A stretch of 64,000 bases of DNA from Phoronis australis (Eukaryota > Animalia > Phoronida). Numbering within the stretch: the stretch's first letter is position 1; each line of letters begins with the position of its first letter. Below the pieces are notes generated by a model. The model saw only the letters and a list, made by a program, of their open reading frames with translations, made no database searches and had not been told where the DNA came from. Shown here piece after piece: positions 24,101-38,345 of the stretch. Position numbers and translations under genes: made by a program. The stretch spans positions 1 through 64,000 of the forward strand of contig NMRA01000931.1 of the NCBI GenBank assembly GCA_002633005.1, read 5' to 3'.

Positions 24101-26792
24101 TGGGCTAACTGAAAAATACAACTAATCTTTCTTGAAACGCTTTCTGTACTCAACAATCATTCCGTTCTGTTTTGCCGCGGGCGGAGACAACCCTCTTTTG
24201 CAAGTCATAAATCAAAAGCGGTTCAACTAAAGCCTCTGCACCCCTGCAGCCCTGCCTTGTGGCCGTCAAACGAACGCTTTCTAATCACTGAATAAAGAAT
24301 AAAAAGTGAAAACATCTCGTCACCAAGTGACTGCCTTCAATGCTTATGGCGTAGGAATGGTAAAAGTAAATGATACGATTTTAGATTGAGATACTGTCGA
24401 TAACCTGAAGTACTTTCGGATGTTGGCGGTGTACAGTATCGATATTTTACGAAACCGCCGTTTCATTATTCAGCATCCTGTAAAATTACGTGTCCGAGAG
24501 AGCTCAGTTCGAAACTGTTATAAAATATTGTTTCAGTTCCACCGAATACAGACGTACATGTAGGTGTAACGACACGCCAGCGTTATCGTGTAAGTTCATT
24601 CGAAACCATGTTATCTCCGTCCGCCACGTATAAATTGTCATCGGAAACGGGACATTTAAGACAAATAATCGGTTAATTATCTTTAGCAGGTTTCGTGACT
24701 AATCGCTAGCGGAATCGACCATATTGTTTTTGTTTCGCTGACGCATGACGCTCTCGTGATAGCGAGGGCCACTCCGTCGAAGGGCTGAACACGAGTCGAA
24801 ATGGCGCGACGTTGTCATCAAAAAATCCGCGCGACCTGCACGAAAATTCGTGCATCTGAAATGCGCGAGTTCTTACTGGTGGTTATTTCTTCCGTAAATG
24901 GGACAGCCTATGCAACAGAATTTGCAAATAAATTGTGAAATCGCACACCAAAATTGCATGGCACCCCTTCCGATGACGTAAGGTAATAGTGCACTTTCAG
25001 CAAAGGGTGAATAATCCTCAGATTGACAAAACCTTTCAGAGAAAGTTTTAATCTGATTTTGGCCTGCTCTGAAACTTTTTGTACAGCCCTAGCCGTAGGC
25101 TATTTCATGATCGACTTGTCAAAAACATAATTGCGTTTCCTTCATGTATGCCCGTAAAAGTTCGTGTATCTAGGGTGGATAGCCCGCCCCCAGCCTCTCA
25201 TGTTCAATACCGGTTGCTAGGTAAACTTTTTAGTACTATTCTTGTATTTGAAAGAAATTTCCCTATGGATACACAATTGATGCTCTAAACTATACGAGGC
25301 TGTGAAAATTTGTACATTTTCCGATTTTGTGTATGACAGTAATGTTCGGGGAGAGAGTACTTGAAACATCGTCGACGGAACGTCAACGACAGAAAGTGAA
25401 CAATAAGGGGAAAAAATGAACAATAAGGGGAAAAATGTATAGGTTGACCTTTTATAACACGTGTATGTTTTTGGAAAGCTATGCGAAGTATTTTCATGCC
25501 TATGTTTTATTTTACTTTAATTCGTTCTGGTGCCAATTTACCCGTCGGGGGGACTCGGGACACTACTTCGTGGTCAAACGTCTGCAAGGCGTGGAAAATG
25601 GATGGTTCCAACAAGGTTTACTTTGCTTATATTCAAGAATGAAGATTGGCAGATTTGTTCTTAATTTTGAAGATGGTTACTGTTCTCTGCTATGTGCTAT
25701 GATCTTTCATTTCAACGAAAAAATATCAATTTTATCCAAGGCACGTTTCGCACGAGCCCCTGCCTTATGCTCCTTTTCTGTTGCCACACTATATGAATAA
25801 AAAGAATGTAAACCGTTTGTCGCCACTCTGCTTATATTTATGGTACATCCGGTGAACTTCGCAATCAAATAAATATCAGATTTGCATTAGACAAAAGTGG
25901 TTTAAAATTGACACGAAAGCTCTTATACGCAGTTCTGACCTTGCCGAGTCCTTCACTAAACATCATGAACGATTGGAAATAAACTTGAACTCGATAAATC
26001 CTGCGTGGCTACCAGCGTCTCACGCATTTCATTGATTTCGTTCATGCCCACAGGGCGAAGCCGTGAACGACACGTCGTGTGTCGACTACGTAATGGCGGC
26101 ACATATCATTTACGATATTTATTAGCAGTCGTCGGCTCGCACTTGTGTGATAAAACAAAAATTGCGTTCGTGCCGACACGGGTATGTTTCCGCTTGCGCA
26201 TAAGTGTCGTAAACAATCTTGAGCGAGTAATTCCTTGCATGCATTAAACATAACTTTCAGCGGCAGAGATTGCGTGCGGCTCGTAGCTACAAAATTCCTC
26301 ATAATCAATCTTTAATTAGTGCCGTGCGCTGTTAAGAAAAGCTATAAAATTTACGGGCGATTAAAGGGGGTCTTGATGGTTCGTTTTATTCTCATTGTTG
26401 TCAAGCGATCGTGAAAACGTTTACAAAATTCTAGCGCGTTCTCCCTGGGATTTGTTGTTGTGACGTCAATGGGTGTTGAAATTGTAAGCGTCAGCGATAG
26501 ACAGACACGGTCGTTGAATGTGGTAATGTAATTTACGGAGAGTTATCGTCGGTTCGTTCACAAAACCAATATTAATCAATTAGGCCGATTCAATGCGCGT
26601 TTGTGTCGCGTCTCGGTCTCAAACTTTTATCGAAGAGGAAGCGTTCGGTGCGACTCTTTGTTCGGGTCCGCTGTTATTTATATCAATATATCGGCTAGTC
26701 ACGATTTGTGGACTTAATCCGACGTCCGGGTCGATGTCATTAGCGGAAACTGCCAGTTTGACCTATCAGTGAGACGACATCGACGGAGAAGG

Positions 26793-27179
26793 ATGGAGGT
26801 CTGTGCGAGTGCGCCAGTTCACGGGGGTCGCGTCAAAACGGGCGCCTGGATCAACGGTTCATCTGCCTGCTCGGATACCTATCTCAAACCAATTTACAAG
26901 CACGGCGAAGTTATTTTAGAAGTTGAGTGTGGGGAAAACAAGGGACTCTTGTATTTATCAAGACTGTGCCAGGGAAGCCGTGGACCGTGCATATACTTCG
27001 GAAACAGTTTTTTAACTCCCAACGAGTTTCAGTACGTGAGCGGAAGGGAGACAGCTAAAGACTGGAAACGTTCCATCCGTCACCACGGGAAGAGCATCAA
27101 ACTATTGTTATCTAAAGGCTTGCTGTGTGTCCACCCGACTGTCTGCGATTGTGTGGGGTGTAAAACCAACGGGCATATG
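26793..27179 (+). CDS. SAMD11: SAMD11/SAMD7-family SAND+SAM protein, coding exon 1 (SAND domain)
   Basis: ATG at 26793. Encodes EVECGENKGLLYLSRLCQGSRGPCI...LTPNEFQYVSGRETAKDWKRSIRHHGKSIKLLLSKGLLCVHPTVCDCVGC, with the SAND KDWK motif, closely resembling the N-terminal SAND of long vertebrate SAMD11 isoforms as recalled. Donor ATG|gtaagg, phase 0. The symbol means SAMD11-like; orthology is unproven. Confidence 0.9.
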
Positions 27180-30139
27180 GTAAGGGCACAAGGCCAAGGG
27201 TGTACACTTCGCTAGGCAGCCGGATCTTCATGGTTCAATACTTTCTTTTCTTGGTTATTGGTTTGATAAACCCCACTTGTGCGTCGAGTGGTGTAGGCGT
27301 TAATTAGGATTAGTCCTACCATTGAAACAGCTATTTTTTATTTATTTCATTTCAAATCCAGAGCCTATATGTCGAGTTTTAACTTTTTTTGATCCTCTGC
27401 GGTTCTTGTTGACGGGTCCGGCTGGCGGCTGTTTAATGTGTCCTGTTTTTTATTTTATTCACTGTCATTTTAGGTGTAGTAAGAAAGCTGACTTATAGCA
27501 ATGCGCAAGTTAGTTTGCACAAATCTTTGAATTGTGATATATGTATTCTTGTTTTCCCTTCCATTATTCATAGACGTATTGGGATTAAGTTTGTTTCGCC
27601 ATACTCACGAGCATGATTCCGGCAAGCCCGTAAACCTTTTCTGGTCAGTGCACGCTGTTTCGTTCTTAACACGTCATCATGTAATGCTTTTAAATTTCAT
27701 AAACGATTATGGACTGCAAATTTAGACATCGCCGAAGAAAAGTGGATCGGTTGACTAGAAAACGGGCGACACATGCTTTGCCAGAAGTTATTTTATTTTG
27801 ATGGTTGTTATATGGATAATAATGAGGATAAAAGGTCTCCGTAAATTCCAGACAAAAAAGTGTAATCGGATATCGAGACTGACTGGCTGCCGGCGCTGCA
27901 TGTTACGGGGCGGAGTTATCGCCTTGTGTCGGCGCGATTTAGTTTGTTTTCTTTCACCAGTCCGATCCTGTTTATTCTCCGGTCACGTTTTCAAGATCTA
28001 ATTTTATATGCTTGGGTTAATGTTAATCGTGATATTATTAAAACATCGATATCTCACCGCGCGCGTTATTTCTTAAACACAAATTACGTGCCTCCGCGGT
28101 ACTTGTACCCATTTCATGAATCCACATAAAATAGTTTTCGATCGTTAATGCTGTCTCCGTAATTATCTATTTATTACGACTCTTGCGCCGCGATTTAGTT
28201 TTCCTGTTAACGGATTGGCGGTGTACCCACGGTTTATACGAAGTGGATCAGCCTCAAATTTTGTCGCTCGCCATACGTTTCTCTCAGTCAAAATAACATC
28301 TTTTTCTTAGGATGTTGCTGACAAGTTCTTCTGCGTATACAATTTTTCTTTCGTATCCATGAAATAGTTCTAATCATTAGCTTCCTTACGAGTCGTACTA
28401 ATGCCGCGTTCAGTGCAAAGAAGTAGGCGCTACTTGCGTTCCACTCGTAAGCACCCCCCATCCCCCAATTCCCGCCTAGGTCCATTTTGTAGTGAATCGG
28501 TTTTCGTCACGAGTCCATCAACTATGTTGCTTAGTGACTAAATGAAGGATGTGTAACACTCAGTCGATTGGCGATCCTGGGCGCGTGACTTGGCGTCAGT
28601 AATGACGTCACAGCGTTCAATGTTTTCTTTCCAAATGCGTTGGTATATGGTGGAGAAGAGTAAATTCTAAAAAAGGACAGTCTGTAACAATGAGTACTAT
28701 AAACACCGGTAACTTAGGGTCGACTGTGGTTAGTTACACCGACGAAAAAATCTACTGAAAGAGAGACGGAAGATCAAAGCAAACAACGTCAAGATACCAT
28801 TGTCCGCCTTGTCCTGCATGTAAAGTGTGCTTTTTTCTCATTTGCTGTATTGTACTTGATATGACGCACGGACGAAACATGTATATGATTCTACGTTTAT
28901 GTTAACCTTTTTAGTCCCTGTTTCCACCCAACGCCTTCACAATGCGAATTCCATCTCGCTACGAGACTTTACTCAAGTGACATTTTCCTTATCGCTTACT
29001 CATCGCGCTCAGCTACGAACTTCGGCGCATATTTTTATAACTGATTAGCGAAATGCGCAAAACGTGTGCTTGTAATGAGGGCTGCTTGATCGCTCTTAAA
29101 TGTAATGCTAAAATTTCCCGCCGTCCTACCAGCGTGATATCACCGGGTTACATTCGTTTTGAGCAGTGAATTTATTGCAAGATTCCGATGAGTTGAAATC
29201 CGTTTTCCGATACATCATTCAAAGACATACACTTGGTGCCAAAATTTTAATTTTAATACCTAGCCTTTCTATTGTCTCATTCTAATGCTTGAGCACTTAC
29301 GGATGTTGCGATCTGACGTTATTCGAAAAACAGAGCTTTTACTGCGCCTTCATGGTTCAGCCGTTCTCCTGTATTCGTTATTTCGTTGCGATTTATGGCT
29401 TCTCGGGACGATTTACTAACTGACGTCATAAGAAGCTATTTCGTTACGACGACGTGACTGGAAGTGTCAAATGTGAATAGCTTTTGGCACGGCACTTTGA
29501 AATGGTAATAATTGCTTCGATAAGTATGCTAATTTCCTAACGCAAGGTTTTGTATGCGTGTCCCGGACGTGTGTTGCGGAATAAACTGTTCCCAATACGA
29601 CTGTAATTGGTCGTGAAAGCTTGGTCCCGTCTCTTGCGTCGACTTGCCCATGAGTGCTGTTCCTGCTTGTATTCCCTGGGGAGTACGGGTACGACCCACA
29701 GATTTTGTTACCTCGCGTTCAGATATAGGTCGCAAAGAAAATTTCAAATCAAAGGGTCACATAATGTAAACAAATCAGAATAAACAATGTCCTAATTTGT
29801 GATTTCCTAAATAACATTTCAAGACGATGAATACGTGGAGTGCTGTAGGAATCCCTCCCCCTGGCGAAGTGGAAAGGTAACTCTCCTGCTAAAAATCTGG
29901 ATGGACTAAAGAGCACATTGTAAATGTAACCCGCGAAACGCGACAGGGTGACTCGTTCACGCTTCTCTCGGATTTTTGGATTGTGTCCCTCTTGGCATGC
30001 ATCATCATAGAGATTTCGTGTTGTTGCAGTGTTGTATACGAATAATTTGACCAAAATCTGTTCGTACGACTGCTACTACGATGTCGTCCTCATCCGTATT
30101 TAAATGAGCCGGTAATTGATAACATGTTGGCGATAACGT

Positions 30140-30525
30140 GGATTATTTTTCACCTTAATCCGGATTCCTGATAGGATTGCGCAAATGCCGTTCGCTTTCA
30201 ACGTCATTGGCTTGTATAATTATTACATCCTTCGTCAAATAATCCGCAGTTTCCATTCTTCTTTGTCTCGTTAGACTTGCGTGGCTGAATGCCGTAGCAC
30301 AGGGTATTGTTTTCTTTGGCGATCGGAGTCCGTGACTGCCAAGTGCGGCAGGTGTTGTCAGAAGCTTCGTACACATTACGTAGATTCCATTCGTCGATCC
30401 TATGTAAAATCGCCAGAGGATTACATGAAATGTGCTCAGTCCATCAATAAATTTTTGCCGTCAGTTGACCTATTTTCTTTATAGTTCAATTTTTATCGTT
30501 TCATCCGGTTGAACTCAAATAATCC
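30140..30525. promoter_or_regulatory. Cluster of five K50 homeodomain (Otx/Crx-type) TAATCC/GGATTA sites in intron 1 of the SAMD11-like gene; candidate enhancer
   Basis: GGATTA at 30140, TAATCC at 30156, TAATCC at 30240, GGATTA at 30418 and TAATCC at 30520. Confidence 0.4.
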
Positions 30526-33500
30526 TTGATTTCCGTTGGGTTAATTTAGGCTACAAGGGAGCTACACATAGTTGTATTTCGTTTTTATTATATCTATTTA
30601 GTAAAAACTACCAAAAGTGATTATTCGTTAACTCGTTATTTATTGTAAGCAGTTCTATCGCCTTGCTGTCCATCTGTCTTCTCTCGGAGCCATTTTCTTC
30701 CGATTTCCGGTTTCTTGGCAGATATTGAAGGTGATGCTGACGAGCCGTTATTACAGATTACAAAACTGAAAGCTGAAATCGATTAACGGTCGCACACGCC
30801 GTGAAATTGTTCGCGATCTTATCCTCTGCTAATTAATTTTCTGCGCTTTACGGATAAATATTTCAATTAATTTGCAATAGGCCAAATCGATAATATCCGA
30901 ACACGCCGCTGTTATGATTATCGACCTCTTTTGTCTTGCACCCTGCAAAAACAAACTTCGCTGCAACTGTCGGTCGTAGCACCAATAACGGAATTTGCGG
31001 CGCGATAAAATATCTCTATTGTTCGGCGTTAATTAACTTGCGATCGATAGATTTGAAGAGAGTCGTCGCAAAATGATCTATCGACAGACCGTACGAGTAG
31101 ATACTTTCAATAAAGAAATTTACCCTGGCCAACCAACCATCTGTCCGCCCGAAGTTAAATGGTATTTCGCCGCGATCAATAGGTCCGTATTGATCTCCGC
31201 GGCTTTCCTTATGAAGAATTGCAGAAAATCTTAAGGCACTCAGGATTCAGCTACACCAGTGCGAATGCTGGTTCACCAACGTTTCTCTTAGTTACTTAAA
31301 ACGGTTGTAAGCCCGCCTAAGATAACTTACCGTTATGAAATTGGTCTCAACATTTTCCGTAGTCAAAAGAGGTTTTTTGTGCTTGGAAAGAACTGACCGC
31401 TGCTTTTTGCTAGACACCAGACTCTTAAGTTGACCTGTCACGGCGTGACATTATCTCGAGGAATAACCAACTGCCAGTTTCTTGTAAAGTCAAAAATTCC
31501 TTATTATCTGAGTAAGGGGAACAACTTGAGACGAATTAGTGCTAGAATATTTGTTGACAGTCACCTCTCCGATTAAGGCCCTGAGCGGTTTTCACTAACT
31601 TTATTCTATCTTATATTTTTGCTCCTTGAAATTGAATCTAGGCGCAGAAAATACTTGACAAAAACGCAAAATTGGCACTTTTTAGCCCCAAACCACCACT
31701 TGCCTGTCAATGCTCTGCACAAGCCAAAACTAGATTTCGAAACCAAACTTATTACTGATTAGTATAAATAAATATGTCCTAAAAATGCTGCCATCAAATA
31801 GGCCGATACTATGCAATGGTGCATTGTTTGAGGGCTGCTTGAAATTGCAACTGGTTGATCAGCCATTGTAAGGCATTGCAAAGCAGGGGACCGCCATTTT
31901 GAAACAAGGTAATTTACATGTACAGCCGAGCTAGTGGACTTTTCTGAACAAGCTCACAAAAAGTCTTGCCAAACGGATGTGCAAACTGACCGCAGCTATA
32001 GGTCTAACATGGATGCTGCCTCCTCTCGACATAGCTAGTTCATGTACCTGTACAGTGTCTCCACCAAAGCAGTTCGTCAGCATGAGAGCGTTTTTGAGCT
32101 GTCTTACGTCACTACCTGAATGCATGGGAAGGGCCGTTCGTTATCTTGCTAGTGCCACCTGGTGGATTTAAGGTACCCCATTGCTTTCATACATAGTTCG
32201 AATGATGTCAAGTACACGAAAGCCCCAAAAGTTATGCGCACATTCCAAAAAATGTGATTGTATACGTCATTACAATTGAGAACGGTGAGAAGAAATCACT
32301 GTTGAAAATCATCGTATTTTGGTGAGAGCGATAGTACACGAAATCATGACCACCTAATTTCCGGTTTAAACCAATTCGCGCTACGTCTTCGTGCTTCCTG
32401 ATTCGTAAGTTGCAGATAAATCAATTGCGAGAGTATGTGAGACAGATCGGCAACTCGTTGTGATCACGGAAACCAAATTTCCGATTTTGCGCTTGATCAC
32501 GAAAAAATGTTCAGCTCATTTCCTGACCGGCCGTAATAAAAATTACCGCTAATCCCTCACCGACGGAATTCTCGTCACGTGACGATGACGTGTAACAGCT
32601 CATTTCAATTATTTGCTTACTTATTATTAAAATCATGGCCGTTTGTCTAAATAGCATTAACCGTGCGCTTCGCCAGATGGGTCTGGATAAGCAATCGCTA
32701 CATTTCCTTCGTAATCCGTAAATGCTTCATCGATTATCTTATCGCGTTAGCCTACGAAACAATACCGTGTAACAATACGCCGACGCCAGTCGTAATAGAT
32801 TAGCCCGCAGAAATGTGACTATACGGACATTGTTCTGTGATAAGAAAACGATAGTCGCCCACCGACGTTTGTCGAATTTTATCTCCTCGGTGAGTTCTCA
32901 AGTGTGTGCGTGAAGAATGGCCGTATCAACGACATCTTTGAACACCACTGGGTTGGAACTCACGTTTTGTTTTTAATACGGCGATTTAGACTTCCTGTTT
33001 ACGCGTGATAAAAAAACATGGACCAAGTGGAGTTCACTGATTGCTTCTAAGGGAATATTTATCCTCGATGACTTGATTTGTTTTAGTTTGAAGTTTGCAA
33101 TTTTGACTTCACGTAATTAGCTCAGTATTGGGTTTTTTAATAACATTTAATCTACTTCTAGTCGGATGATGAATAATATTTCAGTCACTATACTCATACT
33201 TAAAGAGTTCTATATTGGGCTCACGAAACTGACACATCGAATCGAAGCGGCGCGCCACTTTTGCCAACGTGTATAGAATGCGTGTTCACTCCTTTCCGAT
33301 TTTATTTATCAATCACGCGTTTTCCGTTTTTGACGACAGACTTGAGAATTTTATTTCTAATGATAAACATGAGGTGGTGTCGCGATGTTAGTCGTAGATC
33401 ACAGCGCACGTATGCGAATCGTTTAATAACGGGTGGCATCGGTTTTAAATGAATTCTACAAATGGTTGCCTTACTTCTGTTTTTAATGGAACTTTCGTGA

Positions 33501-35117
33501 TCCGGTATAATTAGACAATAATGGCAACTGAACAGTCATAAACAACTCGGAGTAAAACCGGAAGTAATGGCAATTTCAAACGGCGACATTTCGTGACTGT
33601 TATCACTATAACTAAACGTCATTTTTGTTAGCGGTGGATGATAAAATGATTAAAGTAAATCATCTGTAAAATCGTGTGCAGTTGATAACCACAAAATTGG
33701 AAAGCTTATATTTGGTTGACTTTGTAGTGAAGGGACTTTCGCTGTTGGCTAAGTTAACCGTATCTGTCAATTTTTTGAGATTGAGTTGAAACATGCTGGC
33801 GAAGTATGGATTGAAATGTTCGCGGCTTGGTTTCGGCATTTGAAGACTTATAAATCGATTTTGTATGTCGATTTACAAAAACGGCAAACAACTGATGTAT
33901 CATTTTTCGCCTGAGAACACATCAAACATTTGATCATCCAATTATTGGAAACATCGATTAATCGACAGACGTCGTCTTTTGTCTTGTCGAACATAAAATT
34001 TTAGGTAAAGCTCCAATACACAGCTTTATCAGTGTACTTTTCATAACTATCTATTGTAATTTATTTGAAAAGATTTCCTTAAATAAAAAAGCATTTTAAT
34101 AATTTAATAATGGGACAATAAAAACGAAAGAAAGTGATTATCTGAGGTTAATCTCAGTACATAATCGAACCTGGAAACCCCCTGCGTCCACAGCCAAACA
34201 CTCAGTGGATTTAAATCCCACTCGCTATTGGCAGAGCATTTTAAGCGTAGTTAACTGGAAATGTGATCGGCCTCGACTTCAGCCTATGTCTAGCAGACAA
34301 CCGTAAGAATTGGTAATTTGTAATGAAATCACAAAAACACAGCGGATTTCTGTTGTTTTACAGCTCTGGTCAAAGCTAACAACTTCAAGAAGTACATCCC
34401 AAAATGTGCTTTCGGCTGTAAAACCGATAATGCGCGTTGAATACCGTTTTTCATTCACACACTCGCTAGAAATAAAAACGGCTGTAAAAATAAATCACCT
34501 ATATCGTTGTAAGATCGGTCTCAAATTGTTGCTTAGTCTAACTAGATTTGATTTCTGAGTGGGCTGAGAAAGATCTAACGGTTTTGTTCCTGCTTGAGAC
34601 TAGGATCAGCAGTCGAGTTGGCTAATGTCACTTCGTGTCCTTGTCAATTTGTGCATGGTCTCCAGCAATAATGAAATGTCAGCTCTGTGGAAGCACTGGA
34701 ATCATTTCTCATTTGAGCAAGGAACAAGATGACATCAATTTTATACCGGTAAATAGTCTAAAGCAAGAGTTAGTTTCCTCCGGCTTTGTAACTTTCCGGT
34801 AAAGGGCAATGCGTCGCCAACCACCCCTCCCCCCAACAACTCCTCAAGAAAATGTTTTTTGTAAAACCAATTATGCAAAATACCAATACAGCCAAGAACA
34901 GCCATTCTTTGGATAAAAAAATGGTAACGCTGTTAGAGAATTCCTACAGTATTCCAACGAATGGCTGTGTTTGATTTGACTATTCACGGGTTCGTCCTTC
35001 TGACTAAGACGGCTTTAATAAACGAGACTGCTATTACGAGGATCCAATAGTTTCAGGTTTGCTCATTGAAAAATCTTTACTTGGCTTATTGATATCACGT
35101 TTTACTCGTGCCTACAG

Positions 35118-35284
35118 GGTAAAACTCGATCCACTGGAAAACGCGATACACACAAAGAGTTCCGGTATGACGTCGTTTTCCCAACCAACGAGCCGATTGT
35201 GGCATCAGACGCGGCATCTAGCGACAAGGAAGAAAAGGATTCTGACACGACGATGCCGTCACCGCAAAAGAATCACGCGCAAAG
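35118..35284 (+). CDS. SAMD11: SAMD11-like coding exon 2 (low-complexity linker)
   Basis: Acceptor cctacag|G; open in phase 0 (GKTRSTGKRDTHKEFRYDVVFPTNEPIVASDAASSDKEEKDSDTTMPSPQKNHAQ). Donor AG|gtaaac in phase 2 exactly bridges exon 1 (phase 0) and exon 3 (phase 2). Confidence 0.75.
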
Positions 35285-38200
35285 GTAAACAGTCGTACCA
35301 AACGCATATTTGTCTAGCTATGTTTCCTCCTGACTAGATTTCCCGTAACTTCCTTTAACAATGCACAACGAAGGTGCTTTTGTTTCTGAAATATGGAACG
35401 ATGTCTGAATGTTTTATCTCATGGATTATATAGTGTTTCAAAGACGATCTTTCATTGTTTGAAACGTTGCTTATATATACGCTCACTAGCGCTCAATCAG
35501 ATGTGTAAGTCTGGTAGTACACATCATGTTCCCTCAAGTTATTATTTCTCCAATATGTGAAAATTTCTTTTAACGTTTCCAGCAAGGTTAGTTTGCGCCG
35601 GCGTCATATTGAGCTAATTGTGTACGTGTGCATTTGTGCGAGTAGGTGTTTGAGTCTACTCTAATTTAAGCTACGGTGTTCTAATGTCATTGTAGCAACA
35701 TTTACGTAATGCTTGGTTCATAATGTGGCGTTGAAAAACTGTTTTCCTGAAATACATTTCCTCTATTTCAAGGACTGGAAAATTGTCGAGAATCATTGAA
35801 ACTCTCCGTACCTCTCGTGAGAAAGAAAACTTTGATCGAGTCGAGCAATCGGATGGTGTCCGTGACCGAGTCGAATATTCCGCACAAGTTCGCTTCCAAG
35901 GTAAAAATGTCCCATAATCCCAGAAGTTGACTGGTGAAACCAACCTCGCACAGAACGATAATTCTTTCATAAAGTTTGAACTGCTGTTGTTGATGTCAAC
36001 GTCAGTGTTACGCTGATTTATTGGAGGGCTTTCTTCAAGAGCTAGTGCGAAGACGAAAAATGTTTAATTCTTATTTCTGTTCATCTTAGGCCACTCAGAT
36101 ATTTGCGATATTGTTTGTTGGCGAAAGTCCAACTTCCGCCGACGACAAAACTAAGTCAGCTGAATATCAACCACATGTGCGTCACCAGACAATATTTACG
36201 CGTTATCTTTATACTTGGTTCATAGTCTCATGCATGTGACATTTATTAACTCGCCGAGAGCAGAAAACCATCCCTCCCGCATTTTAAATTCTCATTTCTG
36301 CGGGCTTAATTTCAAACTCTAAAAATCTCTTCAGACTTATAATTTTTAAGCTTCGTGCACATTCTCCAGTGTTGCTATTCAAGGTAGTCACATTCGTTCT
36401 TTGTGCGTTCGAGCTCGTCTATCAACATTTTGATGGTACGGACTGCGGACAGGTTTTCACCAAAATATCCCTTGAGGGCGACACTGCCCACTGAGTTCTT
36501 AATCAGATTGTACATCGCTTTTGGTCCCCACTTAGTAGTTCGAGATTTCACTGAGAACTGCCTGGCTGCGGTAGGGCCGTTAATAATTACGAACGTGTGA
36601 TATATGTGTGCACGTACTGAAGTGCATGCGCTTACATGTATTTGTGAAGAGTGAAGATATGCACCTGTGTCCAGAACTAAGCGCATGTGCCTATATGTGA
36701 AACGCTGGAGTAAAACTGAGAAGCACATTCTCTCATGCTAGTGGACATTGTCTAATCCATTACAACACGGAAGACGATGCCTTGAATTCAGTTTCAATCT
36801 AACCAGTAAATGAAAAATATTGGAAATGGACACGAATAACACCCTCTTTGGTCACGTATGCAAGCGCTGATAACTGACTGTGTTTACAAATGACCATGCG
36901 CCTATATGTGAAGCATTTCTGTGAGGCATTTTCAAGCTCAGTAACCTAAATACGAGCATGCACGGTAAAAGTTTTTGTCAGGAGTCAGTTAAGAAATTCG
37001 ACATCGACTTACTGTTTTGTGGATTTATATTCGTAATTTTTTACTATAGGCTTACAAGATTGATATTTTTGAGGCAAATTTCAGGAATTCCTGTTATGTA
37101 TTTCTTCATGTTTGCGGTTAATGTTTTCAGACATGCGACGAAGTCCGTCTACATCTCCGAACCTTGTGTATACTCCTACTATAGAACAGCTCAACTGGAC
37201 GGCCGGCTTCAACAAGTTGAGTGCTCCGAGAAAAAGGTTCGTAACATGGCAAATCCTGGAGAATTACAATCTTATGAGCGAGATTGACCACCCAAGAACG
37301 TTATCCTTGTTCTTAAGACGTTTTTATAGGTCAGTTAGGTTTACTAAACAGGCGCCGTTCGAAGACGGGGTTTGCCTTCAACAGGGCAGCAGTGACGGCA
37401 CGCTTTATGCGAATCCCTCACTGCATATGAACAACAAAAGGCACAATACCTTGTGACAGAATCAGTTTGAGATCAGGTCGCCAATATCGACTCTTTTTGG
37501 GTACGAGATTTTATATTTATCCCATACGCGTTGAATCTGTCGAGGGAAATACGGCCATGTAATAAAGATTTCCGTATTCACCCCCCCGCACTACTTCAAC
37601 AGTAACCTCTGACATGGAAAGTTCAAAAGGTAGGTCAATGTCGACTCGACGTCGTTAGCCGGTTCGATCACGAAACTTTCGGAAAATAGTTTAAGTAATA
37701 CAATTGTAGCAGTGTAACTAACACCCAACATGCAACCAGGTCTCAGTGGTAACATTTGGAACAGGACTGTTAATTATATGACAGTTCTGCCTCAGCTTTC
37801 ATTTGCTAAATATTGTATCGTCTGCAACTCAGGCCTCAATTCCACGGTAACTACTATATCAAATATTGTTGTTATTTAACTATTTTCAGGAGATGTTAGA
37901 AGTTCAGTGCAAAGTTAGCGTTGTTTGCATCTTTGATATCTCTTTTCAAGTAATAAATCGACACATTTAAAACTGTTTCTTTTGCTAGAGAAAACTTGCA
38001 ACTCACGCGCAAGTACATACATATAGGATGTGATCCGCCACGTGAACAGTCGGAGTGAAGTATTTAAAAAATCTGCAGAAAAAATGATAGAAACTTAAGA
38101 ATTCGAAGCGTATGGGATAAATACAAAACGCACCTCGATTGGCGTACATGAAGTGATATCCCACTCGACATTATTCCGGGTATCGACCTCGAACCTCGGT

Positions 38201-38345
38201 CTCGGTCGATACGCGTAATAATGTTTCGTGGGATATTACTGCATGGACGCCACTCTCGGTACGTTTCGTATATGTATTCGCCTATCCTGAAAGGTTTATA
38301 TACTGAAAAATATTTGATTGGTTTTTTTCTTTCATGTCATTTCAG

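Larger units (their letters stand above)
20017..24897. repeat. Direct ~2.3-2.5-kb duplication (20017-22330 vs 22392-24897) around an N gap; probable uncollapsed haplotypes
   Basis: Copy 1 ends and copy 2 starts exactly at the gap (22331-22391). The copies differ by scattered SNPs and indels, including 192 bp (23020-23211) present only in copy 2. Confidence 0.9.

Noticed and set aside
30722-30786. Possible exon after ttcttggcag in SAMD11-like intron 1
   Set aside because: The plausible frame (IEGDADEPLLQ...) is not phase 0 and ends in a stop, with no convincing donor.
37131-37456. Possible extra SAMD11-like exon after ttttcag (37130)
   Set aside because: It is open in phase 2, but no good phase-2 donor was found to rejoin 38346. 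Exons 2 and 3 already join in frame.
38221-38345. N-terminal part of the 265-aa ORF 38221-39018 (and its tail after 38913)
   Set aside because: This is intronic read-through on either side of the true exon, as defined by the splice sites and SAM homology.
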